Position numbers and translations under genes: made by a program
Notes under the pieces: generated by a model
Databases searched by the model: none
Told to the model about the DNA's origin: nothing
What the model saw: only the letters and a program-made list of their open reading frames with translations
Shown here: piece by piece, positions 19,088 through 28,998 of the stretch
How positions within the stretch are numbered: position 1 is the first letter of the stretch
How the letters are laid out: each line of letters opens with the position of its first letter
Source: a virus
Lineage: Duplodnaviria > Heunggongvirae > Uroviricota > Caudoviricetes
Strand: one strand, 5' to 3'
IMG/VR virus record: IMGVR_UViG_3300008262_000052
DNA: 64,000 nucleotides

Positions 19088-19396
19088 ATGAGCACCGCAG
19101 TTGACATAAAAATTGATGAAAAAATTAAAGTAGAAGTTAAAGAACCTAGTTTATACAAAGTTATTTTTCTAAACGATGACAAAACACCAATGGAGTTTGT
19201 TGTTAGTTTATTGATCGAACTATTTAAACATTCTGAAAACACTGCACAAACACTAACAATGAAAATTCACGAAGAAGGTAGTGGAGTAGTAGGTGTTTAT
19301 AGTTACGAAATTGCAGAACAAAAATCTCTCGAAGCAACTAGCCTATGCAGAGACAACGGATTTCCTCTACGCATTAGAGTTGAAGAGGAACTATGA
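19088..19396 (+). CDS. clpS: ATP-dependent Clp protease adaptor ClpS
   Basis: SLYKVIFLNDDKTPMEFVV.LL.ELF closely matches the ClpS core ([25 protein letters not shown]). Confidence 0.85.
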   Translation: MSTAVDIKIDEKIKVEVKEPSLYKVIFLNDDKTPMEFVVSLLIELFKHSENTAQTLTMKIHEEGSGVVGVYSYEIAEQKSLEATSLCRDNGFPLRIRVEEEL

Positions 19397-19920
19397 GCAA
19401 ACTAAAAGAACTCACTTGGGAAGTACATCAACGAGCAGAGCGTACTGAGTTCGCTTGCAAACTACTTAAAGGTCTAACCCCTGAAGAGTATCACAAATAT
19501 CTCTACAATCAATATATGATTTATTCAATACTGGAAGATGCTGCTAAATCATTAGTACCCGAACTCAAGAGTATAAACAGAGCAGAACGAATCTACGCCG
19601 ATCTTAGAGAAATTGAAAAAGAATATGCTATCGGCACAACATCTGCACTACTGATGCCGGTTGTACGTGAATATGAACGTCATGTTATAACTTTAGACAG
19701 GCAAGGAATACTTGCACACATATATGTTCGTCATTTTGGCGATATGTACGGCGGGCAAATGATTAGAAAACGCAATCCTGGTTCGGGCACCATGTACGAT
19801 TTTGATAACGTAGAAGAACTCAAAGCAACTGTTAGATCTATGTTAAACGACTCAATGGCAGAGGAAGCAAATCGTTGTTTTGAATTTGCAATGCAGTTGT
19901 TTGTTGAGTTAGATGAGTAA
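19393..19920 (+). CDS. hemO: heme oxygenase
   Basis: ILAHIYVRHFGDMYGGQMIRKR matches the HO signature ([21 protein letters not shown]). N-terminal helix with conserved His (EVHQRAERTEF). 175 aa, a short phage-type HO. Confidence 0.75.
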   Translation: MSKLKELTWEVHQRAERTEFACKLLKGLTPEEYHKYLYNQYMIYSILEDAAKSLVPELKSINRAERIYADLREIEKEYAIGTTSALLMPVVREYERHVITLDRQGILAHIYVRHFGDMYGGQMIRKRNPGSGTMYDFDNVEELKATVRSMLNDSMAEEANRCFEFAMQLFVELDE

Positions 19921-21085
19921 ACTTTTTGTTCATGTTAGATTACCGTACTTTAGTGATGTAATGGATGATGCACCACAATATGAAGAATGCTTTTCTGACA
20001 TGCAAATATTTTTAAAAAACATAAAGTCTCGTGGAATAAATGAACAAATTGTATTTGTTTTAAATCATATGTGGGAAATAACATTTGTTAAAGATTTAAA
20101 CTTTTTACACAACTTTTTTAAAAACAAACTCAAAAATTACAATGTAGATTTTTTTATTTTATATAGTGTATGTGCAGATGATCAAGATGATCTTCCAAAA
20201 AATATTATAAAATACAATTTTTTCCAAAGCAAGACAGTACATGCAACAACCATCAACAATCAACAAACAGCAAAAAAATGGGATAAATCCAAGTTTAGAG
20301 GATTGTTACTTACAGGAAAAGCGCATAAGCCTCAAAGACTAATACCATTAAAATTTTTATTAGATAATAACTTGTTAAATGAAATTGACATGGAATGGAG
20401 TTTCTTTTATTATAAAGAATATGCAGTAGATATTAAGAGATTTTTAAATATCAACAATGGCGAATTGCAACACTTTGTTTCTTCTGCTTCAAGAAATCCA
20501 GACAACATCAAAGTTTCACAGTACGGAAATCTTTTTAGTTATGATGGATTTCCCTACAGTCAGAATCTATATTCGGATACTTCATGGTCACTAATTTCCG
20601 AAACAGGAGCAAACAGATCTGTCTTATGGATTACTGAAAAAACATATAGAGCCATAATAAATAGACATCCGTTTATATTGTTTGGTCAACCCGGATCAGA
20701 AGAACACTTAAGATCTCAAGGATTTAAAACATTTGAATATTGTTTTCCAATAAATTATGACAACATAACTTCCAACGAACATCGATTCGAAGCAGCATTT
20801 AAAAACATTTGTCATATAAGAGAAAACTGGAAAAATTTAGATTTTGAGAGAATAAACGACGATGTAAATCACAATTACAATGTTTTATTTAATAGTGTTG
20901 TAAATGAGCAAAAACAACTAATTAAAAAATTAAAATTCAATGACGGGGATAAAATTTGTGACATTCTACTTTATGATCTTTTTCACTTCGGCCATGTCTT
21001 CGGGGCCGATGCTGAGGTATCTACTGTAGAAGACGTTGTAAACGGAAAAAAAAGTATAATTTATTATTATTGGGATATCAGATGA
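19913..21085 (+). CDS. hypothetical protein (very AT-rich, Asn/Phe/Lys-rich)
   Basis: 390 aa ORF overlapping the hemO stop. No recognisable motif. Confidence 0.5.
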   Translation: MSKLFVHVRLPYFSDVMDDAPQYEECFSDMQIFLKNIKSRGINEQIVFVLNHMWEITFVKDLNFLHNFFKNKLKNYNVDFFILYSVCADDQDDLPKNIIKYNFFQSKTVHATTINNQQTAKKWDKSKFRGLLLTGKAHKPQRLIPLKFLLDNNLLNEIDMEWSFFYYKEYAVDIKRFLNINNGELQHFVSSASRNPDNIKVSQYGNLFSYDGFPYSQNLYSDTSWSLISETGANRSVLWITEKTYRAIINRHPFILFGQPGSEEHLRSQGFKTFEYCFPINYDNITSNEHRFEAAFKNICHIRENWKNLDFERINDDVNHNYNVLFNSVVNEQKQLIKKLKFNDGDKICDILLYDLFHFGHVFGADAEVSTVEDVVNGKKSIIYYYWDIR

Positions 21086-21765
21086 CAGTATGGAATTACT
21101 TAATTGACTGGCAAGAAGAAGTTGTTGATAACTTAGACTCAGTCGCAGAACGTGTTAATGAACCTGGGATGGACAGATTCAATCAACCCGGCTGGATCAA
21201 TCTTGTTTGGGAAAGTGGCTGGGCAAGACGCATACATCTAGATGTAGTCGATGCCAGAGAAACAAAAGGTCTCTGGATGATGCACTTTTGTATTTTTCCA
21301 CACCTGGACAATTCTGGACCAATCTACGGGCTTGATGTAATTGCAGGCAAAAACAAAGTCACTGGATTCTTTCACGATCTATCTCCTACTGTCGACAACA
21401 ACCATGCTATGATTGAACAGTTTGGTGATGTTCTAAAAGATCACTCTTGGAAGAAAGAACGCGAGTTACCTGAATGGGCGCAGGCAATTTTTAGCAAACA
21501 CATGTTGGCAGTGGGCAATGTTAACACCGAAGAAGAACTGCTTAAACTTCTACAATTGTCGTGGGCTAATCTAGAAGATTACGGTACTGAAATACAAAAG
21601 TATGCAGGCACTTGCACAGCAGAATTGGGTAAGACTGCACAAAATCGCTATGCATATTATCAAAAACAAAATCCACATACACCACGTACTATGACAGCAT
21701 TAGGGCTCAACGAAGAAGATGTAAGAGCATTCGTACAAGAATGTTTGTTTCCAGACATTGAATAA
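21070..21765 (+). CDS. pcyX: ferredoxin-dependent bilin reductase, PcyA family (phage PcyX-like)
   Basis: [37 protein letters not shown] aligns with PcyA [63 protein letters not shown] aligns with [26 protein letters not shown]. Sits directly after the heme oxygenase. Confidence 0.85.
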   Translation: [231 protein letters not shown]

Positions 21766-21789
21766 ATATACTAAATAGGAAATAAATTT

Positions 21790-23259
21790 ATGCGTTATAG
21801 TGATTTTAAATTAGTTGAAGGCCTACTGGGAAAACCCACCGACGACAAATACCTTCCAGCGGTAAACCAATTACTCAAAGATCCAAATCACAAATTTCCA
21901 GTAGGAAAGTCGGGCGAAAAGGGCTCGTTGATGCCTTTGCCAGGACAGCAAGTGTCTTCTAGACAAGATAAAATAGTTGGTTATATGGTCCAAAATACGG
22001 ATCAAAAAATAAGTGATGCGTATCTTCAATCTCTAAAGGACCTAGCTCCTGAACAGGTTCAAGCAGAACTAAAAAAACAGGTTCCTATTACACTTATGCA
22101 GATCGCAGACGCAAACATTCCTAACGCAAGTCAACCTGCACAACAGGAACTTAAAGCTAGAAAAATTTCTGTTCTAGTTAGTACACTGTTTAAATCAGAT
22201 GAAATAAAACTAGCCGCTGGAAAAAGTGTATCCGATAAAGAAAAGTATCAAATTAAACCCAGTCAAATTTTTAATGACGAGAGATTTCCTGCGTCACAGG
22301 TTTTCAATGAAGTAACACAAAATAAAACTTTGTCACAATCTGATATCGGAAAGTATATTATCGAAATGGCAAAAGAAATTCAAGCAGGAAAGTTTCCAAG
22401 TCTAAACAACGTTCCTGATGAATTTCAAACTGCAATTAGAGATTATGCAGGAGAATATCTAGGTGTGTTAGCCTTAATTAAAGGTATTGCTAACTTTCCC
22501 ACAAGAGATCAATGGTTTGAGCATTTAGGTGTAAACAACTTAGAAGGAATTTATATAAACTTTCCACAGCAAAGCAACTTTGCTCTAGGTGATAGCATAG
22601 GTAGTTTTGAAAATGCCAACACCGGAAATATGATCTTAATCAGCAGCAAGGGCGGCAGCAAGGGCGCTCCACCTAGTTTAAACAATTTAAAAATTCCTGA
22701 AAATCTAGAAAAAAGCAACGAATATAGAGTAGAAGTTGATGTAATCAAAACTTTACAATCTTCGGATGCATTAAAGCAGCCGTTCCTAGGGTTGAATAAA
22801 ATTTTTGAATATAATCCAGATGCAATTGATCCATTGTTTAGACAAGCCTTACCGATTACAACCGAAGATCTAGCACTAATAAAACAATTTACTAACAGTC
22901 GCCTTTACAACAAGAGAGATGTAAGTGAATTATCTGATAAATTTAGAAAAATTGTTGGACGATCAAACTTTGAAAGAATTAAACTCGAAGCCACTCCGGG
23001 AGGTATAATTCATTATTTGTTTACTAAAGCAATAATTGAAGCAGTAAATAAAAATAATGCATTACCAAATTTTGAACCAATGGCAAGAGAAATATTGCAA
23101 AAAAACTTTATTCAAATTTTTGCTAGACCCAAAAACGGCAAACTTACATTTGATGTATTGTGGCCAAATAAAGAAATGGCCACAGGTAAAATAGAACTTT
23201 ATAGTAAAGCAAGTTCTACAGATCCTGGCAAAGCCAAATTAAGTTTCAGCGTAACTTAA
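21790..23259 (+). CDS. hypothetical protein
   Basis: 489 aa ORF. No motif recognised. Confidence 0.5.
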   Translation: MRYSDFKLVEGLLGKPTDDKYLPAVNQLLKDPNHKFPVGKSGEKGSLMPLPGQQVSSRQDKIVGYMVQNTDQKISDAYLQSLKDLAPEQVQAELKKQVPITLMQIADANIPNASQPAQQELKARKISVLVSTLFKSDEIKLAAGKSVSDKEKYQIKPSQIFNDERFPASQVFNEVTQNKTLSQSDIGKYIIEMAKEIQAGKFPSLNNVPDEFQTAIRDYAGEYLGVLALIKGIANFPTRDQWFEHLGVNNLEGIYINFPQQSNFALGDSIGSFENANTGNMILISSKGGSKGAPPSLNNLKIPENLEKSNEYRVEVDVIKTLQSSDALKQPFLGLNKIFEYNPDAIDPLFRQALPITTEDLALIKQFTNSRLYNKRDVSELSDKFRKIVGRSNFERIKLEATPGGIIHYLFTKAIIEAVNKNNALPNFEPMAREILQKNFIQIFARPKNGKLTFDVLWPNKEMATGKIELYSKASSTDPGKAKLSFSVT

Positions 23260-23480
23260 TTATTTTACTGCCTTCTCGTCGTGTTCGCACCTGTGGCAAA
23301 CATCGTTACGACAATGTTTGCAGTCTTCGTGACAGTGACATTCGTGTCCGCAATTTTTGCATTTAGGTTTAGGTGCTTTCACAACATTCTCCTCTATACG
23401 GTATTTATTACCCGATCTATAATACGACTACAAAATTTTTTTGCCTCTTACAGTAAATATATAGTGGAGGCGCTGTCTTA

Positions 23481-23945
23481 ATGAAAAAAATCTCGATAGT
23501 CATGTTGATGCTATTACCGACATTTGCAAATGCAGAATTAGTTCATACATTTAAAAATCCAAGTTTTAGCGGTGAAGGGTATAGTAATCATGTGTTGGGT
23601 ATTGAACAACTAGGGTTCAATAGACAAAAAGATATTGACGATGCTATTGCTGCTGAACAAGAACGCATAGAGCGAGAATTAGAAAACTCAACACTCAACA
23701 AATTTTTACGCAACATAGAAAGTAGAATATATGCTACACTATCCAAGCAGATGGTGGATGCTATGTTCGAGTCTTGTGCTGATGAAACAGGAGCAACTTG
23801 TCCGACCAGTGGTACAACTGAAATAGAAGGCAGTACTATTAGTTGGAGCAAAGACACTGTTACCGGTAGTATTACTTTGGAGGTTGTAAGCGATGAAGGA
23901 ACAACCACTATTACTATACCTGGCGCAGGGGAGTTTAACTTTTGA
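23481..23945 (+). CDS. csgF: curli assembly protein CsgF homologue
   Basis: Signal peptide. Mature N-terminus HTFKNPSFSGEGYSNHVLGIEQLGFN matches CsgF [26 protein letters not shown]. Confidence 0.7.
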   Translation: MKKISIVMLMLLPTFANAELVHTFKNPSFSGEGYSNHVLGIEQLGFNRQKDIDDAIAAEQERIERELENSTLNKFLRNIESRIYATLSKQMVDAMFESCADETGATCPTSGTTEIEGSTISWSKDTVTGSITLEVVSDEGTTTITIPGAGEFNF

Positions 23946-24721
23946 TTAAAGCAGCATTAGTAGGATTGTTATTTCTAACTGGATGTGTGTCGATAGAAGA
24001 ACAAGCCAGTGAAATCATAGAAGAACCGAGAATTCAAGATAATCCCTTGCGTGTAGAACTTGCAAATGTTCCTGCACTAAATGGACCTAAGATGACTATC
24101 GGTGTTTACAGTTTCACAGACAAAACCGGGCAACGAGAGCCAGCAGATAACTTTAGCAGTTTGAGTAGTGCAGTAACACAAGGTGCAGAAGTTTGGGTAA
24201 TAGATGCACTGATGCAGGTAGGCAACGGCAGTTGGTTTGAAGTTGTAGAACGTGTAGGCATGGACAATGTAATTGCAGAACGTCAACTTATACGTCAAAC
24301 AAGAGAAAATTATTTAGACAATCCTGATCCATTGAATCCTATGCAATTTGCAGGGTTGATACTAGAAGGCGGAATAGTGGGATATGACAGTAACGTAGCA
24401 ACAGGAGGAACCGGAGCACGTTACTTTGGAATAGGCGCAGGATCGGAGTACAGAGTAGATACTGTAACAGTTGCAATGCGTTTAGTAAGTGTTAGCACAG
24501 GAAGAGTGCTAATAAGTGTGGCTACTGAGAAAACTATAGCTAGTCACAAAACTGGTGCAGATGTATTTAAGTTCTTAGACATGAGCACCAAGGCACTGGA
24601 AATCGAGAGTGGATTTAGTGTCAACGAACCTACCAACTATGCTGTGAGGGCAGCAATAGAGGCAGGAATAATAGAACTAATATACGAAGGAGCTCGTAGA
24701 GAGCTGTGGAGTTTTAAATGA
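23942..24721 (+). CDS. csgG: curli secretion channel lipoprotein CsgG homologue
   Basis: Lipobox LTGC. IGVYSFTDKTGQ. GYDSNVATGGTGARYFGIGAGSEYRVDTVTVAMRLVSVSTGRVLISVATEKTI is near-identical in pattern to E. coli CsgG GYESNVKSGGVGARYFGIGADTQYQLDQIAVNLRVVNVSTGEILSSVNTSKTI. Confidence 0.9.
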   Translation: MIKAALVGLLFLTGCVSIEEQASEIIEEPRIQDNPLRVELANVPALNGPKMTIGVYSFTDKTGQREPADNFSSLSSAVTQGAEVWVIDALMQVGNGSWFEVVERVGMDNVIAERQLIRQTRENYLDNPDPLNPMQFAGLILEGGIVGYDSNVATGGTGARYFGIGAGSEYRVDTVTVAMRLVSVSTGRVLISVATEKTIASHKTGADVFKFLDMSTKALEIESGFSVNEPTNYAVRAAIEAGIIELIYEGARRELWSFK

Positions 24722-24733
24722 GGGCAATAAAAA

Positions 24734-25426
24734 ATGAAAAAAATAATAATAGGGGCCTTGTTTGTACTAGTTAGTTCTGCGGCCTTGGCTAACGAAATCT
24801 ACATACAACAAATAGGGGACAACCTTGCATTGACTGTTAGTCAAACCGGTTCTGGCAACAAGATCGGCGACCTGTCAACAACTGCACCTGCCTTGCTTTC
24901 AGGTGATGATATGACATTTGATATTACACAAAACGGCGATTATAACGTTATAGCAGCAACTATTAAGGGCAATACATATACAGGTGACTGGATATTCAAC
25001 GGGGACAGCAACACAGTTGATTTAACCTGCGATATAACAAACGGCGCAAACTGCGAAATTGTAACAGTTGACATTACAGTTAATGGAAACAGCAACGACT
25101 TTAGCGTATATATTGGTGAAAATAAAGTTACAGATAACCTTGTAGCAGAATTTACCATCGACGGCGACGGCAACGTTATTTTAGCCAACTTGGATGCAAC
25201 CAATGCTGATGTTACATTTACCATTGACAATAGTTTAGCAGCCAGCGGCAACACTGTTACCATAGATCAAGATGATGCAGGCGGTGTAAACGGACACAGT
25301 ATTACCTATGATTTAACAGGTGGCGGAAATAATATCAACATAACACAAAGCGGATTAACGGACAAGACCGTTAATGTAACATCAACGGCCAACGACGGGA
25401 CTGTAACAATTACACAGACTGATTAA
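24734..25426 (+). CDS. secreted curlin-repeat-like protein (candidate amyloid subunit)
   Basis: Signal peptide. First repeat IYIQQIGDNLALTVSQTGSGN fits the curlin repeat S-x5-Q-x-G-x2-N-x-A-x3-Q. Further degenerate Q/N/G repeats (DITQNGDYNVIAATIKGN). Confidence 0.55.
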   Translation: MKKIIIGALFVLVSSAALANEIYIQQIGDNLALTVSQTGSGNKIGDLSTTAPALLSGDDMTFDITQNGDYNVIAATIKGNTYTGDWIFNGDSNTVDLTCDITNGANCEIVTVDITVNGNSNDFSVYIGENKVTDNLVAEFTIDGDGNVILANLDATNADVTFTIDNSLAASGNTVTIDQDDAGGVNGHSITYDLTGGGNNINITQSGLTDKTVNVTSTANDGTVTITQTD

Positions 25427-26520
25427 TGCTGAAATATATTATACCATTGCTGTTGATAGCTAATACCGCATATGCCAATGTAGGCGAAATAGCAACCATC
25501 GATGGCAGTGGTATTGTTAAGCGTGAGTCCACAGAGATACTCGGAGAACAAGGTGTAGGACTCGAAATGCAAGATACAATTGCTACTGCCAACGGTCGTA
25601 TGCAATTACAGTTTGCGGACGATACTCGTGTTGATGTTACTGAACACAGCCGCATGGTCATTGATGAGTTTGTGTATGATCCTAACAGTGGTACTGGTGA
25701 ATTGAGTATGCGAGCAACGCTAGGTGCTGTTCGTTATGCCAGTGGCGCTATTGCTAAGAACAGCAGACAAAATGTTAATATCGAAACACCAAGTGCAACT
25801 ATCGGTGTACGTGGAACAGACTTTATGATGATTGTAGACGAAATCGGCGGCAGTATGGTTACACTGTTGCCAAGTTGCAACACTGCTGGCATGTGCGTGG
25901 TTGGCGAAATAACTGTTGAAACAGACGAAGGTATAGTTATAATGAATCAAGCCTTTCAGACCACAGTGGTTGCTCATAACGGTATGGTACCTAAACCACC
26001 TGTAATATTAGAACTGCCCGAAGACATGCTTCGTAGTATGCTGATTGTTAGACGAGTTGATCCTTATGACGAAGCAGCAGAAGATGCACAGCCAGCAGTT
26101 GATTTACTAGACATAGACTTTTTGGCTTTTGATGAATTAGACAAGGATCCGCTTGTGGAGGGTATTAAAAATATATGGGTAACAGACTTGGATACAAACA
26201 CATATCTCAACGAAGTGTTTGTAGATCAACTGACAGCAGTGATGAAAGAAGTGATGCAAAAGTTATTAAGCGAACTAGACACACAAAATACTGCGTTTTT
26301 TGAAGAAAAGTTTTTAGGATTGGATCCTGAAACAGGAATATTTTATGACGAGGTTCCGCCTAATAATATTTTTAGAAGAAGCGAAAATTCTCATATGATT
26401 GATTTAATGTTAAGTCAAGGATATGGGTATACACTGGGTGTGGTTCAAAATGGATTTAGTATATACGGATATAGGATAGGTGTAGGAAATAATACAATTA
26501 ATATCAATCAACAGGAGTAA
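25426..26520 (+). CDS. secreted FecR-domain protein
   Basis: Signal peptide. GEIATIDGSGIVKRE...TIATANGRMQLQFADDTRVDVTEHSRMVIDEF...ETPSATIGVRGTDFMM matches the FecR domain pattern (...GT.F). Confidence 0.5.
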   Translation: MLKYIIPLLLIANTAYANVGEIATIDGSGIVKRESTEILGEQGVGLEMQDTIATANGRMQLQFADDTRVDVTEHSRMVIDEFVYDPNSGTGELSMRATLGAVRYASGAIAKNSRQNVNIETPSATIGVRGTDFMMIVDEIGGSMVTLLPSCNTAGMCVVGEITVETDEGIVIMNQAFQTTVVAHNGMVPKPPVILELPEDMLRSMLIVRRVDPYDEAAEDAQPAVDLLDIDFLAFDELDKDPLVEGIKNIWVTDLDTNTYLNEVFVDQLTAVMKEVMQKLLSELDTQNTAFFEEKFLGLDPETGIFYDEVPPNNIFRRSENSHMIDLMLSQGYGYTLGVVQNGFSIYGYRIGVGNNTININQQE

Positions 26521-26523
26521 CAA

Positions 26524-26874
26524 ATGGATTTAATATGGGCAATGGCATTAAGCAGTCATTTAGGAATGGAGGGAGATTACAATAGTCTACATCCGCATTT
26601 AAGATTACAAGAAAATAATTTTATCGCAGGCGCATACTACAACAGCGAAGAAAGGATTAGTCTTTACGGAGGTTATAGACTAGAACCAACTGAAAAAACA
26701 GGTATCGAGTTTACTATAGCAACAGGCTATGAAGAACTTGGTGCAATTACTCCGTATGCTAGAGGCACTTACGATATGGGAAAGGCAAGATTTTTTGTTG
26801 CGCCAGGTTTTGAAAAAAACAACGACGAAACTAATATAGGCGTGGTTTTAGGAATAGAACTACAACTTAAATAA
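26524..26874 (+). CDS. hypothetical protein
   Basis: 116 aa, beta-rich, ending ...GIELQLK. Confidence 0.4.
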   Translation: MDLIWAMALSSHLGMEGDYNSLHPHLRLQENNFIAGAYYNSEERISLYGGYRLEPTEKTGIEFTIATGYEELGAITPYARGTYDMGKARFFVAPGFEKNNDETNIGVVLGIELQLK

Positions 26875-26902
26875 CATAACAAGATCTCATGGAGGGCAAA
26901 AA

Positions 26903-28912
26903 ATGAGACGAATAATAGGGGGCACTGTGCTGGCTCTTTTACTAAGCACAACAGCATTTGCTGATACCAGTAGCATTAATGGCACATCCAGCATGGGTGT
27001 ACTTGAAAATAATTGGGTTAAGGCTGGTGTAAACAAAAACTCCGGTACATTTGGAAGCGGTGGCGGAACCAGTCCTGGCCTACTATTCGATCCAACTGGA
27101 ACAGGAACATTCAACGCTGGCTTTGATTATCTAACACCAGGAGCACCGTTTGACGGATTCTCTCTTAAGGTTGACGGCGTCAATGCTGCAAACAACAATA
27201 CCGGTTCTACATCATTTGTTGATGCAGACGGATTAACTGACGGTACTAACACGTTAACATGGAGCGGCGATAGAGCATTTGGCAGTTCAACATGGAATGT
27301 TACAAATACATTTACATTGGGTACAACTGCATCATTTGTTGATGTGACAACAACAATTGTTGCTGGTAGTGCAGCATCAAGTGTTTGGTTTGGTAAATTT
27401 ATCGATCCGGATAGCCAAGGTATGGCCGGCGATAGCTCAAGCACAGACAACGTATTAGGTTACTCAGGTATCCCATCAACTAACGTTGCATTCAGCGAAG
27501 CAACTGTTTCACGTTATGCACTAGGTTTATATTCAACAGATACAAACGTAGCAGCAGGCATCAACAGTTGGAGCTCAGAAGCAGATTCATACATAAATGC
27601 AGATGCATCTTGCGGCGCAGGCGTACTATATTGTAATGCAGATGATACAATTGGTCTTTCGTGGAATTGGTTAAGTGTTAGCGCAGGCGATATTCTCACA
27701 GCAAGTTATGCTTATATATTTGGACCAAGTGCGTTTGATGCAGCAGATTCTGCAATTGACGGTGGTGCTGGCGGCGGAACACCCGGCGTGTTACCAACTG
27801 GATGGACACTAACCGACGTGGGAAGTGCAACTGATGCAGCAAGCGGTGGCGGCACACCTACTATTACTTCTACTACAACTGCTACAATAACTTCAACAAC
27901 CGAAGCACCGAGTACAACACTTCCTGTGCTAACAGCAAGTATTACAACACACGACAGCAGTGTAGCAGATGGCGTGCAAACAATTGCTCGTGAAACCACA
28001 ACAACTACAACAACACCAGTTGATGTAACTACCACATCATTTGTGCGTACTACAGATACTTACAGTGACAGCAGTGTTGTTGTAACAGATGGAACACCAA
28101 CAGTCACAACAGTATTACGCAATGACATCACTACAGCAATTACTTTCCCTCTACCATTTATAGGACGTATGGACCAAATAAATGCAATGTTAGACCTAAA
28201 TCTAGCACATAACATTGGATTCGGTTCTGGTGTTAACGCCGGACGCATCAGCAGTGAAACAGACACCGGATACACTGCTGATACACAGTACTTCTCACTA
28301 GGTGTAAATACCACAACTGACAGTGGTTTAATAATAGGCGGCGGCCTTGTTAGCATGTCATCGGAGTTGTCAGGTAACAATTCAACTGGTGCGTCAAGAA
28401 CAACTAAAATTGGTATAACAGTTGGCAAAGAAATGGAAAAATTTACAATCACCGGTACTGCTAACACTGCGTCAACTGATCTAGCGTACAGTAGAACTAT
28501 TGGTCCTTGCTGTGTACTTTTTAGTCCATACTTTTCTGCACACGGATTAACATCGGCAACTGATAATTGGGCAAGCATTGAACTACGTCCAAATACAAAT
28601 GTTGTACATCCAATATTAGGGTATACTGTTGGCAAAAAATCAACTGATGGGTATGGCGAAATAGGAAGCATACAAGCCAAACTGGTCAACACCGGTTCTG
28701 AAGAAACCTACGGCTATGCAACTATTGGTGCTGACGTAGATGTAGGATTGGTAAATTTGAGTGCAATTTATAACACTGATGGTAGCACAAAGCTAGGGAT
28801 TGGCGTTAACAAAGACATAGGAAAAGCAAATGTAAATGTTTCAGCAACACAGTTTGGAACAGAAACATCAAGCAGCACATCAATCAGTGCTGGTCTTTCA
28901 CTAAAGTTCTAA
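26903..28912 (+). CDS. large secreted Thr-rich protein with C-terminal beta-barrel-like domain (autotransporter/adhesin-like)
   Basis: Signal peptide MRRIIGGTVLALLLSTTAFA. Poly-Thr linker (TTTTTTTPVDVTTTS...). C-terminus ...SAGLSLKF with terminal Phe. RBS GGAGGG. Confidence 0.5.
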   Translation: MRRIIGGTVLALLLSTTAFADTSSINGTSSMGVLENNWVKAGVNKNSGTFGSGGGTSPGLLFDPTGTGTFNAGFDYLTPGAPFDGFSLKVDGVNAANNNTGSTSFVDADGLTDGTNTLTWSGDRAFGSSTWNVTNTFTLGTTASFVDVTTTIVAGSAASSVWFGKFIDPDSQGMAGDSSSTDNVLGYSGIPSTNVAFSEATVSRYALGLYSTDTNVAAGINSWSSEADSYINADASCGAGVLYCNADDTIGLSWNWLSVSAGDILTASYAYIFGPSAFDAADSAIDGGAGGGTPGVLPTGWTLTDVGSATDAASGGGTPTITSTTTATITSTTEAPSTTLPVLTASITTHDSSVADGVQTIARETTTTTTTPVDVTTTSFVRTTDTYSDSSVVVTDGTPTVTTVLRNDITTAITFPLPFIGRMDQINAMLDLNLAHNIGFGSGVNAGRISSETDTGYTADTQYFSLGVNTTTDSGLIIGGGLVSMSSELSGNNSTGASRTTKIGITVGKEMEKFTITGTANTASTDLAYSRTIGPCCVLFSPYFSAHGLTSATDNWASIELRPNTNVVHPILGYTVGKKSTDGYGEIGSIQAKLVNTGSEETYGYATIGADVDVGLVNLSAIYNTDGSTKLGIGVNKDIGKANVNVSATQFGTETSSSTSISAGLSLKF

Positions 28913-28914
28913 TG

Positions 28915-28941
28915 TAAAAACAAGATAGGCTCTTCGGAGCC
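28915..28941 (+). terminator. rho-independent terminator with UUCG tetraloop
   Basis: GATAGGCTC-TTCG-GAGCCTATC followed by TTTCT. Confidence 0.75.
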
Positions 28942-28998
28942 TATCTTTCTAACTAACTATAATTTAAAATTATAGAGTTTATAAAATAAATATACTAA

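Noticed and set aside
19393-21765. Cyanophage origin, suggested by the ho1 plus bilin reductase pair.
   Set aside because: No psbA/psbD, hli, cpeT or other cyanophage photosynthesis genes are present. The reductase aligns best with PcyA/PcyX rather than PebS. S21 and the tRNA-His lacking G-1 with A73 fit an alphaproteobacterial (SAR11-type) host better. This is inference only.
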